The notes under the pieces were generated by a model. That model had not been told where the DNA came from and made no database searches. It saw nothing but the letters and a program-made list of their open reading frames with translations. A program made the translations under genes and the position numbers. From Candidatus Poribacteria bacterium (GTDB lineage Bacteria; Poribacteria; WGA-4E; WGA-3G), in the NCBI GenBank assembly GCA_963663765.2, contig CAXXUA010000006.1, positions 457,610 through 521,609 of the forward strand: a DNA stretch of 64,000 bases, read 5' to 3'. Below are positions 33,451 to 45,800 of the stretch, one piece after another (the stretch's first letter is position 1; each line of letters starts with the position of its first letter).

Positions 33451-33732
33451 TCAGCAAGGTTGAGACTTTTTTTGGATGTCCAAAGCAAGGGTCAACTTAT
33501 CAACGAGTTGCTCAAGTTGAACAATCATCTGTTGAGACACGTGGGTCTGTTTATCAATAGGTTCAAAGAGGGTTGCTGCATTTTCAAGAAGTTGGCGTTT
33601 CCACTTTGAGAGTTGAACATCGCTGAGATTATGTTTACGACACAGTTCCGCTTGTGAACTTTGACCGCTAAGTGCCTCAATCACAACTTCAGCTTTAAAT
33701 TCGGGTGTGAATCTTCTTCGTTTGGTCTCCAT
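33451..33732 (-). CDS. IS3-family transposase OrfA (HTH)
   Basis: RRRFTPEFKAEVV...SQAELCRKHNLS..QLSKWKRQ followed by a coiled-coil segment. Confidence 0.88.
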   Translation of the reverse strand: METKRRRFTPEFKAEVVIEALSGQSSQAELCRKHNLSDVQLSKWKRQLLENAATLFEPIDKQTHVSQQMIVQLEQLVDKLTLALDIQKKSQPC

Positions 33733-33778
33733 CGGATTCTCCTTTTAGTTTAGATTGATATTATATCACAATCTTATA

Positions 33779-33948
33779 TTAGAACTTGTAGCGAGTAAGA
33801 GCTAAGAATTCAAAGTAAATGGAGATCTGAAGCAGTAAGAAAAGGATACAAATAATCTCTCTTTCTTTCCCAATTGACCACATCCTTATGTTTTACTCAC
33901 TATGACTTCTTAGACAGTGTTCTGAATTTCCGATGGCTACAGTTCTAA
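33779..33948. mobile_element. Putative 170-bp MITE inserted between the IS3 left end and orfA
   Basis: Imperfect IR ttagaacttgtagc / gctacagttctaa; it would explain the long distance from the IS end to the orfA ATG. Confidence 0.5.
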
Positions 33949-34016
33949 CTATAACTGAATTTGGGTCTAAAAAATGGATGGCACTTCATTAGTTAGACTA
34001 TCGTAACATTGTTGTG

Positions 34017-36311
34017 TTAATATCTTGATTTTAATTTTCCCCACCGTGTAGTGAATCTATTTTTGGCAGAGATAAGACCTTTCAATCGGGTTGTAGTGAG
34101 CGTTTGACACAGTCCAGCAAAAGACACATCTTCAATTTGGTAGTAATACGCAATATTTGGTTTAGCAGTTGTGTCTGTCCATGTATATTCGTTGCGTTTG
34201 CCTGTAGTGCCAGCACCTTGGATAAGTTTCGGATTGACTTGTACAAACGGACCCTGTTTACATTGACTTCGCAGGATGTTGAAACCCGCATTTTCAAGTT
34301 CTGATTCAGTAATCCAACTTATCGTAATTTGCCCATCTTTATTCAATTGAGGACGAAACGAAGATAGTGTAACAGGTAAAATTCCTTCTTCTTCATTCCT
34401 ATAACCCGGATTTCCTATATCAGTATATCTTCCGTAATAATATTGAATTCTATCTTCAACCAGACCTTTTACTTTTTCAGCCGGAAACCATCCAAATCCT
34501 TTTATGCTTAAGGTAAAATTATATTTTTTTGATCGAACGGATTTCAGTCTTCTAATCAAAGAAATTCTTTTTTTCCGAACAACCACAGGTATGTCCCAAA
34601 CAATCTCGTTTTCTTTGTTTAGGTTACCAATACGATCTATAGGATTACCTTCTACATCTTGTAATTCCAATACAAACCCCTCGTAATTCCAGAAGTTCTT
34701 TGGTGTTGATTGTAAAGCAAAAGTTTTCTCTGCTAAACCTTTAGAAATTCTATCTCTGGAATTCGGAATTGCAAAACTTACTACTAATATTGTTCCTTTA
34801 CCTTTGATTGTAAAAGAAGATTCTGAAATAACCTGAGATTCTAATATATTAATTGTATTTGAATCATCTAAATATCTCCCGACAAGTTTCCATCCATTAA
34901 TATTAATTTCTTGATCCGTAGTATTATATAATTCGATCCATTGAGGATATCTATTTAACTGTGCTAACATCAATTCACTAAATACTACTTTACCAACACC
35001 TTCCTTTTCATAATCAAAAGGAATTATAGTGTAATTTGGTGCAGGTTGTGGATCTGAGTCTAATGGTTGTAGTTCCTGTTGTTGCTGTGGAATATCCGTA
35101 TCAGGATCATCTGCTGGTGGTTCTTGTTCTTGCTGTGGAATCTGTTCTTCCTGTTGAGGTTGTTCTTGCTGTTCTTGTTCTTGTTCTTGTTGCTGTGGAG
35201 TCTGTTCTTCCTGTTGGGGTGGCAGCTCTTGTTGTTCTTGTTGTTCTTGTTGTTCTTGTTGCTCCTGTTGTTGAGGTGGTACATCTGTATCAGATCCATC
35301 TACTATCGGCTCCTGCTGGGATGGTTGTTCTTGTAATGATGGCAGGGGAGTAGGTCCTTCTGTAACCGTTACCCTAAAAGTTTCCGAGCTCGCATCTTGC
35401 ATAATTACAATAACAAGGTATGTACCTGTGACAGATCCAGTTGTGAAAGTTGCCGAGGCTCTGCCATCGGCATCAGTTTTCGTGTAAAAGTCTGCGCCAA
35501 AATCGCCGCTTCCACTTAAGCCGCTTCCACTTAAAATATAAAACCTGATATCGTTTCCTGAGAGTTTGTTGTTATTTCTATCATACGCTTCTACGACAAA
35601 CGGTTGAAGCCTTGTGTTGGTGTTTGCTGTTTGATGATCGCCTGATACCTTTTTTATGAATTTGATATAGAATATTACATTTGCACCTCTATCTTTGAGT
35701 ATTGGAATGTAGGTGTTCAGGGATGTGTCATCAAGCGGGTTTTCTTCCAAGTTAATATAAACATCATCTGTCAACTCAGTGTGATTGACTAAAGATTCAA
35801 TATTGCTAATTTGGTTGAAATCAAAATGTAGTGCATACGTTGAACTTAGGTCTGGCAACCCATCCAGACTTGTAAGATTGTTGTGTTCAAGGTGTAGACT
35901 CTGTAAAGCAGCTATGTTGGAAAGTGCTGAAATGTCTGATATCTGGTTGTTAGCAAGGTGTAGATGTTCCAAACGGGTTAATTTAGATAAAGGTGTAAGA
36001 TCTGATATTACGTTGCCATCAAGGTACACAGTTTGTAAGTTCGTAGCATATTCAAGTCCCGTCAAATCTCTAATATCCATATCATTTCCAAAAAGGAAGG
36101 TGAAATCATCATTCCTCATTTCTGCTTCGGTAATTATATTTCCAGGTTTCTTTGCAAGTGCTTGTTCCACTGCAACGCGAAGTCCGGGATCCGGAATGTT
36201 AACGGGTTGTGCCATTGTTTCAGATAAAAAAGATAATAAGATGAGTAGATAAACCGGAAAAGTAAAAGAAAAACGAATTGATTGTTTTTGCATTAATTGA
36301 CTCACCGACAA
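34017..36311 (-). CDS. Secreted internalin-like LRR / Ig-like / Gln-Glu linker / lamin-tail-like protein
   Basis: Signal peptide, VNIPDPGLR cap, 22-aa LRRs (ISDLTPLSKLTRL), KVSGDHQ...TDADGRAS Ig-like domain, FSELM...QWIELYN lamin-tail-like motif, LPVTLSSF...W.TESELENAGFNILR and a TTRWGKLK tail. Confidence 0.85.
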   Translation of the reverse strand: MSVSQLMQKQSIRFSFTFPVYLLILLSFLSETMAQPVNIPDPGLRVAVEQALAKKPGNIITEAEMRNDDFTFLFGNDMDIRDLTGLEYATNLQTVYLDGNVISDLTPLSKLTRLEHLHLANNQISDISALSNIAALQSLHLEHNNLTSLDGLPDLSSTYALHFDFNQISNIESLVNHTELTDDVYINLEENPLDDTSLNTYIPILKDRGANVIFYIKFIKKVSGDHQTANTNTRLQPFVVEAYDRNNNKLSGNDIRFYILSGSGLSGSGDFGADFYTKTDADGRASATFTTGSVTGTYLVIVIMQDASSETFRVTVTEGPTPLPSLQEQPSQQEPIVDGSDTDVPPQQQEQQEQQEQQEQQELPPQQEEQTPQQQEQEQEQQEQPQQEEQIPQQEQEPPADDPDTDIPQQQQELQPLDSDPQPAPNYTIIPFDYEKEGVGKVVFSELMLAQLNRYPQWIELYNTTDQEININGWKLVGRYLDDSNTINILESQVISESSFTIKGKGTILVVSFAIPNSRDRISKGLAEKTFALQSTPKNFWNYEGFVLELQDVEGNPIDRIGNLNKENEIVWDIPVVVRKKRISLIRRLKSVRSKKYNFTLSIKGFGWFPAEKVKGLVEDRIQYYYGRYTDIGNPGYRNEEEGILPVTLSSFRPQLNKDGQITISWITESELENAGFNILRSQCKQGPFVQVNPKLIQGAGTTGKRNEYTWTDTTAKPNIAYYYQIEDVSFAGLCQTLTTTRLKGLISAKNRFTTRWGKLKSRY
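35070..35275 (-). repeat. Gln/Glu/Pro low-complexity linker with 9-bp caagaacaa repeats
   Basis: ttgttcttg tandem on the plus strand; protein QQEQQEQQEQQE. Confidence 0.85.
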
Positions 36312-36407
36312 CAGAAAAATAGGGTATTACCTAATTAACAATAACCTCCGAAGGTAGGTGCGTATTGAAACCGAGTTTACTGGCTACTTTTAGCTGAAAA
36401 CCGATTG

Positions 36408-36644
36408 CTATTTCGCTATCAATATCTTCCACTGATATGTGTAATCGCCTGCCTTCAGTTCATAGAAATAAACACCATTTGCCACGCGTTCACTGACAGC
36501 ACTCCGACCATCCCAATGCGCCTCGCACGGTTAGGATCCGTAAAGAATCCAGCCTTTGCTGACCAAAGCCTTGTTGACACACAACGTTTCCACTAATATC
36601 GTAGATCGTGATAGAAACATTAGTCGGTGATGCAAGTTGATAAG
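36408..36644 (-). pseudogene. Orphan frameshifted C-terminal FlgD-Ig/T9SS-like tag
   Basis: The minus strand reads YQLASPTNVSITIYDISGNVV / AGFFTDPNRA / AHWDGRSAVSERVANGVYFYELKAGDYTYQWKILIAK* across two frameshifts. Confidence 0.85.
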
Positions 36645-36849
36645 ATATCTTATGGGAAAACCACGCATCCTATCCGGACGGCATTCTGCCAAAACTATGC
36701 ATTAATATAAATCCCTAACAAAATTAAATTTCAATATTTTTGATCAAAAACATTTGAAATTAAAACAATATTAGACTATTATAATAATTAATGCAAATTA
36801 AATATTATAGACTACTATTTATTGCTTCTTATAGATTATCAATGGAAGG

Positions 36850-39800
36850 ATGTTATTTTTGAAATTATCTATATTAACTATTCTATTGTGTGCCTTGACA
36901 ATTCTTAGCACAGCAGGAAATATAAGTATAACGCCCGTAGCATCCCGCACAGTGCAAGTGCGCGATGCAATCGTTAATGCGATACCGAATGTGAATACTT
37001 CAGCCGATGTTACCACAGCGCAGCTTGCCACCATTACCTCACTTGATTTACGCGGTAAAGGTATCACTGCGCTCCAATCAGGTGACTTTTCCGGGCTCAC
37101 TTCACTTACGAACCTTAATTTATATAACAACGAACTGAGTAGTCTTCCAGATGGCATCTTTGAAGGACTGACTGCTCTGACAGCGCTCCGTTTAGGGAAG
37201 AACAAGGTTACTCCCTTACCCTTTACTGTGTCTCTTGAAAAAGTCGGAGATGGACAATTCAAGTCAGTCGTCCCCACAGGTGCGCCGTTTGACATCGTGG
37301 TGCCGATTACTGCCACAAACGGCAGCATCAGCAGCGGGACAACCTCAGTCACGATCATCAAAGGTAGCACAACAAGCACTAGCCTGACCGTTACACGCAC
37401 CGCTGGCACAACTGCCGTGGTATCCGTTGATATCGGTACACTCCCCACTCTGCCCATTAATCATTACGGTTATATGTTATCCAAATCTGATACTTTACCG
37501 GTGGAAGTTATTTCACGATTAGAAAACCCTCCCACAGAAGAAACACCAGACACAACAGAAACAGACGATAGCCCCGCACCAAACACCGCACCGATATTTG
37601 TTGACGGTACTATCACGGTCCGATCAATTGCAGAGAATACGGCTGCGGATGTGGATATTGGCACTGCAGTGGGTGCAACGGATGTAGATGAGGATGCACT
37701 TACTTATACGCTGAGGGGCACTGATATGTCATCATTTACCATTGATAGCAGTTCGGGACAACTGAAAACAAAATCAGCGTTAGACTATGAAACGAAACGA
37801 ATATATACGGTAACAATCACTGCTTCTGATGGTAATCTAATTGCCACAATCTCTGTCATTATTAGCGTTATAGATGTTGCAGAGATGGCTTTAACGACGA
37901 CATTCCTGACTGTAAGTAACCGCACACCAGCAGTCCGTGATGCGATCGTTACCGCTGTGCCGGGTATCAGCACAGCAGAAAATATAACTGTCGCACACCT
38001 TGCATCTATTACCTCACTTGATTTACGCGGTAAAGGTATCACTGTACTCCAATCAGGCGACTTTTCCGGGCTCACTTCACTTACGAACCTTAATTTATAT
38101 GGCAACATGCTCAGCCGATTACCGATAGGTGTGTTTGAAGGATTGACTGTTCTGACAAGCCTCCGATTAGGCGGAAACCTCGTTGACCCGATGCCGTTGA
38201 TAGTGTCGTTGCAGCGGATCGGGATAGGTAGATTCAGAGCACTCATCCATACAGGGGCACCATTTGATGTCGTGCTGCTTATAAACAATGCGGATACAAC
38301 AACGATCACAATTCCAAAAGGTAGTGTCCAAAGTCCTGTCTTTACATCAACATCGGCAAATGTGAGTATAGGTGCATTACCCTCACTCCCCGCAAATCAT
38401 TACGGGTATATCCTTGCGAAATCCACTGCCTGCAACCGCACGTCTCAAGTAAGCGATGGTATTGTAGCAGCACTTTCAGATATAACTGACTGCCGAAACG
38501 TTACTGATGTTGACCTCGCCTCCATTACATCACTTAATTTGTCAAATGCATCTATCACATCGCTTGAGGCGGGCGATTTTGAAGGCATGTTATTACTCAC
38601 AACGCTTGACCTGAGCAATAACCAGTTGACCGAACTCCCCGATCACATTTTTGAGGGTTTGTTGTCATTGACACATCTTAATCTGAGCGGAAACGCGGCA
38701 GCACCTCTCTTGATACCTTATTCTTTAGAAAAGGTCGGCAGTAATCAATTCAAGGTAGTAGTGCCGACAGGCACACCGTTTAACATACAGATGCCGATCA
38801 GTGTGACAAATGGCAGTGTTGCGGGTGACGTGAATGCTATCACACTTCCTGTCGGTACTATTCAGAGCATGCCATTTGCTGTTACTCGGACACCTAACAC
38901 GATGGGTGCTGTTATGGTAGGCTTCGGAACGTTACCTAATCTACCAGCATCACATAGTGGTTATGCGCTTGCTAAATCTAATACGTTAGAGATGTCCGGT
39001 GCTATTAATGTTGCCCCTGTGTTTACAGAAGGTACGACAACCATACGAAGTATTGCAGAGAACACGGCTGTAGGCACAAACATCGGTAATACCATCAGTG
39101 CGACAGATGCCAACAACGATACTTTGACATATAGTTTGAGTGGGTCGGATGCAGCAGCGTTTGATATTGATAAATTAACTGGTCAATTGAAAACTAAGAC
39201 TGCACTTGACTATGAAACGAAGAATTCCTATTCCGTAACAATCACCGTGAGTGATGGAACACTCACAGATACGATAGATGTCACCATCAACATCACAGAT
39301 GTTGATGAGAACCGCGCCCCGGTCTTCACAGAAGGAGGCACCACGACACGCACCATTTCAGAAAACACCGATGCAGGTGTCAACATCGGTAATCCTGTGA
39401 GTGCAACAGACCTTGATAAAGACACGCTCATCTACTCGCTTGTGGGAAATGCCGCAGCATTTGACATTGTTAGCACAACAGGACAGTTGAAAACAAAGGC
39501 TGCGCTTGATTATGAAACCCGAACCTCTTATTCAGTGTCGGTCAGTGTTACTGATGGAAAACTGACCGACACAATAGCCGTTACAATCAACATCACAGAC
39601 GTAGACGAAACACCATTGAAAGCGGATGAGGTCGTCGTTCTACTTGATGAAGACGAAGATGATATTGTCGTAACCACTGATGACGATAAAGAGGAAACAC
39701 CGACACCAAATAATGCACCTGTCTTCACAGATGGGAACAGCACCATGCGCTCTATAGCGGAAAATAGGGTTAGCGGAATGGATATTGGTAGTGCAGTATC

Positions 39801-42800
39801 TGCGACGGATGCGGATGGCGATACGTTAGCCTATACCTTCGGTGGAACAGATGCAAGTTCATTTACGATTGATAGCAGTTCAGGGCAATTGAGAACCGGG
39901 GAAGCATTGGATTTTGAAACGAAAAACGCTTATTCCGTTACTATTACCGTTTCTGATGGGAATGGTGGTAGCGATAGCATAAGTGTCACCATTAACGTCA
40001 CGGATGTAGATGAAGCACTGCCAAATAACGATCCTGTATTTACAGCGGGTGATAGAGTCAGCCGTTCTGTAGATGAGAATACCGGCTCAGGTGTGAACAT
40101 CGGTGACCCAGTTTCTGCAACTGATGCGGATGATGATATACTCAGCTATAGTCTCGGTGGAACGGATTTCAGTTCATTTACGATTGATAGCAGTTCAGGC
40201 CAGTTGCGCACCTACGCATCGCTGGATTATGAGACCAAATCCACTTATTCAGTGACAATAAGTGTTTCTGATGGTAAGGGTGGTAGCGATTCGATCTTGG
40301 TTGCCATCAACATTACCAATGTAGACGAAACAGTGCCAAACAGTGCGCCTGTGTTCGCATTGGACAGTACCACGCGTTCAGTTGCGGAAAATACGGCGGC
40401 AAATACAAACATTGGTGCTGCTATCACCGCAACAGATGACGACAACGATAGCTTGACTTACGGTCTTAACGGGACAGACGCGGCTTCTTTTAGTATTGAT
40501 GTCAACACTGGACAACTGAAAACAAAGATAGACCTCAATCACGAAACAAAAGACTCCTATTTGGTAACCGTATCGGTTTCTGATGGCAAAGGTGGTACAG
40601 ACAGCATTAGTGTCACGATTAATGTGTCAGATGTAAACGAATCCCCTGAGTTTACGGATGGTGCTACCACAACACGCGCCATTGCAGAGAACGCCGGGGC
40701 AGGTGCCAACATCGGAATTGCTGTATCTGCAACCGATCCTGATGATGGGGAAACGCTCACCTACACGCTGGGCGTAACAGACGGTGCAGCTTTTGATATT
40801 GGTAATACGACTGGTCAGTTAAAAACGAAAGCAGCCCTTGATTACGAAACCAAAAACTCTTATTCAGTTATCATGATTGTATCTGATGGAACACTTTCAG
40901 ATACAATCATGGTAACAATTAACGTCACAAACTTGGACGAAACACCCTCCAACAATCCACCTGTTTTTACGGATGGGAATAGCACGATCCGCACGGTAGC
41001 AGAAAATACAGTGGCTGGCACAAATATCGGCACCCCTATTTCTGCAACCGATGTGGATAATAACACACTCACTTATCTACTGAGTGGGGATGATGCCTCA
41101 TCGTTTGGCATTGTTAGCACGACAGGGCAACTCCAAACCAGGGCATCACTCAACCACGAAATCAAAGACGAGTATGAGGTCATGGTCACCGTTTCTGATG
41201 GCAGCACTACCGATACTATCATGGTGACGATTAGCGTCACAGATGTCAACGAATCCCCCGTTTTTGTAAATGACAGCATAACACGATCTGTCGCAGAAAA
41301 CACAGCTGCGAATACTAACATCGGCAGTGCCATTACCGCTACCGACCCCGATGGCAATAATTTGACGTATACACTCGGTGGTACCGATGCAACGTCGTTT
41401 AATATTGATGAGGACACAGGCCAACTGAAAACAAAGGCAGCACTGGACTATGAAACCAAAAGAGTATATTCCGTCACTATCACTGCCAAAGACGAAGACA
41501 ACCTCAGCGAAAGTATCAACGTAACCATCAATATCACAGATGTAGACGAGAACCGGGCACCTGTGTTTACAGAAGGAGACAGCACCGCACGTTCTGTCGC
41601 AGAAAATACGGGGAGTGGTGTAAATATCGGCACACCTGTGTCCGCAACTGATGCGGATGGTGATACGCTTGAATATACGTTAAGTGGCACTGATGCGGCA
41701 TCCTTTGATATTGATAGCATAACAGGGCAGCTCCGCACAAAGGCTGCGTTGGATTATGAAACGAAAGACACATATTCCGTAATAATAACTGCCTCTGACA
41801 GCAAACTTTCAGACACTATCACGGTAACGATTAATGTGACGAATGTTGATGAGAACCGTCCACCTGTGTTTTTGAGTGAAAGCACAACGCGTTCCGTTGC
41901 TGAAAATACAAGCTCTGGTATGGACATTGGCAGTGCCGTTTCGGCAAATGACCCCGATGGTGATGATTTGACATACACGCTCAGTGGCACAGATGCAACG
42001 TCGTTTGATATTGATGAGGACACAGGCCAACTCAAAACAAAGGCAGCACTGGACTATGAAACCAAAAGGTCATACGCCGTCACCATCACTGCCAAAGACG
42101 AAGACAATCTCAGCGATAGTATCAATGTAACCATTAATGTTACTAATGTAGACGAGAACCGGGCACCTGTATTTACAGAAGGTAGCAGCACGACACGTTC
42201 TGTCGCAGAAAATACGGGGAGTGGTGTAAATATCGGCACACCTGTGTCCGCAACTGATGATGATCAAGATACACTTACTTACACACTCGGTGGTACTGAT
42301 GTAGACTCCTTTGATATTGACACTGCCACAGCACAACTGAAAACAAAGAACGCATTAGATTATGAGATAAAGTCATCTTATTCACTCACTATTACAGCAA
42401 TGGATGGAAATAGCGGAGAAGATACCATTGATGTTACCATCAATGTCACCGATGCAAACGATCCACCCATTTTTACAGATGGAGATAGCACCACACGTTC
42501 AATTGCAGAGAACACACCACGAAATAAAATTATCGGTGATAGGGTGGTAGCAACGGATGTAGATGGTGACAAAGTGACCTACAGTCTCAGTGGCACAGAT
42601 ATGAACTCGTTTGGGATCAGACCAAACATCGGACGATTGGTAACCAAGGCATCGCTTGACTTTGAAACAAAAAGCACGTACGAGGTGACTGTCACCGCAT
42701 CCGATAGCAATGGTGGCATTGACACGATTGATGTGGCTATCCATGTCATTGATGTCAATGATGCCCCAGTGTTTACAGATGGAGATAGCACCACACGTTC

Positions 42801-45800
42801 TGTCGCAGAAAATACTACGGCGGATACTGATATTGGTACACCTGTGTCCGCAACCGATGATGATCAAGATACGCTTACTTACATACTCGGTGGCACCGAT
42901 GCAGCATCGTTTGATATCGTTAGCACAACAGGACAACTGAAAACAAAGAACGCTTTAGATCATGAGACAAAGTCGTCTTATACGATCACTATCACCGTTG
43001 ACGATCAAAACGGAGGTGAAGATACCATCAACGTCACGGTCAACATCACCGATGTAACAGAATCCTTGCTTGAAGGGCGTACCGGTGCGGTACGTTCGGC
43101 TATATTAAGTAAATTGTCCGGTGTAGATGCCGATGACGTTACAGCAGAACACCTCGCATCAATTACCGAAATCGTTATTTCAACGCAATCACCTAAACTT
43201 GGGGATTTTGATGGACTCGCAGGTTTGGTAAGGTTGTATATCGGACATAATCTGATACGTTCATTGCCGGCGGGTATTTTTGATGATCTCGTTAACCTGG
43301 AATATATTGGTCTGGGCCTCAATCTGTTTGAAACATTGCCGGGAGGTTTATTTGATAATAATACAAAACTGAAGACTATCCTTTTGGATATTGGCGAGTT
43401 AAGATCGCTGCCGGGAGGTTTATTTGATAATAATACAGAGTTGACAAAGATTGATCTACACGATAACAAATTGTCATCATTACCGACAGGGTTCTTCAAC
43501 AATAACACAGAACTGGTAACTCTCGATCTCAGTAGGAATCAGATACATTCATTACCAACAGGATTTTTTGACAATAATACCAAACTGGAAAACCTACACC
43601 TTAATAGAAATGGGTTGCATTCATTGCCAAGCGGTATTTTTGATAAGCTTACTAAGCCGACATCCCTCAATCTTGATAGCAACAACTTAGAATCGCTGCC
43701 TGCTGGTGTATTCGACACTCTCACGTTACTGAATACACTTGAACTCCGAGATAATAAGTTGACTACGTTACCAAACAACATTTTTGATAAAAACACGGCA
43801 CTGACACATCTATATCTGCAAAGGAACGAATTGACTTCGTTGCCAAGCGGTGTTTTTGACAAGCTCACTAATCTAACCAGACTGGATCTGAACAATAATG
43901 AATTGTCATCGTTTCCCACGGGTATCTTTGACAAACTGACTAACCTGACATTTCTCAAAATGTATGACAATGATTTTACTTCGTTGCCAAGTAGCATCTT
44001 TGACAAACTTATAAACCTGACAAGGCTTGATTTACGACAAAACGGGTTGACTTCGTTGCCGGACAATATATTTAAGGGACTCACAGAATTGAGCGAGGTG
44101 AAATTGGAATCTAATGCGGTGGACCCACTATCAGTGACTGTTTCTCTGGTTAAGGTAGAATCAGGTAAGTTCAAGACAACAGTTCATACCGGCGCACCAT
44201 TTGATATAAACTTACCTATTACCGTTGTAAATGGAAGTCTCAGCGGTGGAACGACAAGTATTTCTATTTCCACCGGTAGCATTGAAAGTAATACATATAC
44301 GGTGACACGCACTACTGGCACAACGGGTGCTGTTACTGTGAATATTGGAACATTGCCAACAATACCCAGTGATCATTCCGGATATGCCCTAGTTAAACCC
44401 ACAACAGGTTTGCCGTTAATAGTCATTGATGAAAATGTGGTGAATACAAAAGGCGCAAATATAGACGAAACGCCAATCAATCCGCCACTCAACGGGCGCA
44501 CACAACAGGTGCAGGATGCGATTGTTGCCGCTATTGATGGGATAGATTCTGCTGACGATGTGACAGCAGAACACCTCGCAGCAATTACATCATTGTATCT
44601 AGATCAAAATTCGATCACCTCGCTAAAATCTGGTGATTTTGATGGACTAAGTGCTTTGTCAACTCTCACTCTGTCCGGCACGGGTTTGACCGCATTGCCT
44701 TCTGGTATTTTTGACAATAACACAGCACTGGAAACGCTCAATCTGTTCAACAACGATTTGACCTCATTGCCTTCCGGTATTTTTGACAATAACACAGCAC
44801 TGACAAGTATGCATCTGAACAATAATGCTTTGACCTCATTACCATCAGGTATTTTTGACAATAATACAGCACTGAATACGATCCGTCTGCACCTAAACGA
44901 TTTGACCTCATTGCCGTCAGGTATCTTTGACAATAATACAGCACTGAATACGATCAATCTGTCCAGCAACGGCACGGGTTTGGCGTCATTGCCCTCAGGT
45001 ATTTTTGACAATAACACAGCACTGAAAACGATCAATCTGCACGACAACGGTTTGACCTCATTGCCTTCAGGTGTCTTTGACAATAACACAACAGTGACAA
45101 CGATCTATTTGTACGACAATGCTTTGACCTCGTTGCCTTCCGGTATTTTTGACAATAATACAGCACTGAAAACGATCTATTTAGCCGAGAATTCTTTGAC
45201 CTCATTATCTTCAGATGTCTTTGACAATAACACAGCAGTGACACGTATTGAGTTGTCCGGTAATTCTTTGACTTCATTGCCTTCAGGTGTCTTTGACAAC
45301 AACACAGCAGTGACAACGATCCATCTGTACAATAATGCTTTGACCTCGTTGCCTTCCGGTATTTTTGACAATAACACAGCACTGAAAACGCTCTATCTGC
45401 AAATAAACGGTTTGACCTCATTGCCTTCCGGTATTTTTGACAATAACACAACACTGAAAACGCTCTATCTGCAAAACAACGAAATTAGCGATGTCTCGGA
45501 ACTTGAACATTTGACATCTCTAACGGATTTACAGATTGGTGGAAATCTAATTTCAGATTACGGGCCGCTTCGTAGACTCAGGGCAGCGAATCCTGATATT
45601 AAGTTTGATATTGATATTGATAACAATCCTCCTGTCTTTACAGATGGCAGCAGTACTACCCGCTCCGTATCTGAGAATACTACTGCAGGACAAAACATCG
45701 GCAGCGCCGTTACTGCCACAGATACGGACACCGAGAATACGCTTACCTATACGCTCGGTGGAACTGATGCATCATCATTCGATATTGTCAGCACATCGGG

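Larger units (their letters stand above)
33361..33988 (-). mobile_element. Truncated IS3-family element (left end, orfA and the start of orfB)
   Basis: Left end TGAAGTGCCATCCATTTTTTAGACCC on the minus strand at 33988; orfA HTH; A7G slippery site; orfB stub AEKRGIVETLRTDYSVRKICDT. Confidence 0.8.

Noticed and set aside
35036-35353. Hydrophobic or Asn/Lys-rich ORFs
   Set aside because: They are alternative frames of the Gln/Glu microsatellite.
44685-45480. CRISPR-like repeat/spacer pattern
   Set aside because: The 72-bp period lies in frame inside a 10-kb ORF and encodes LRRs.
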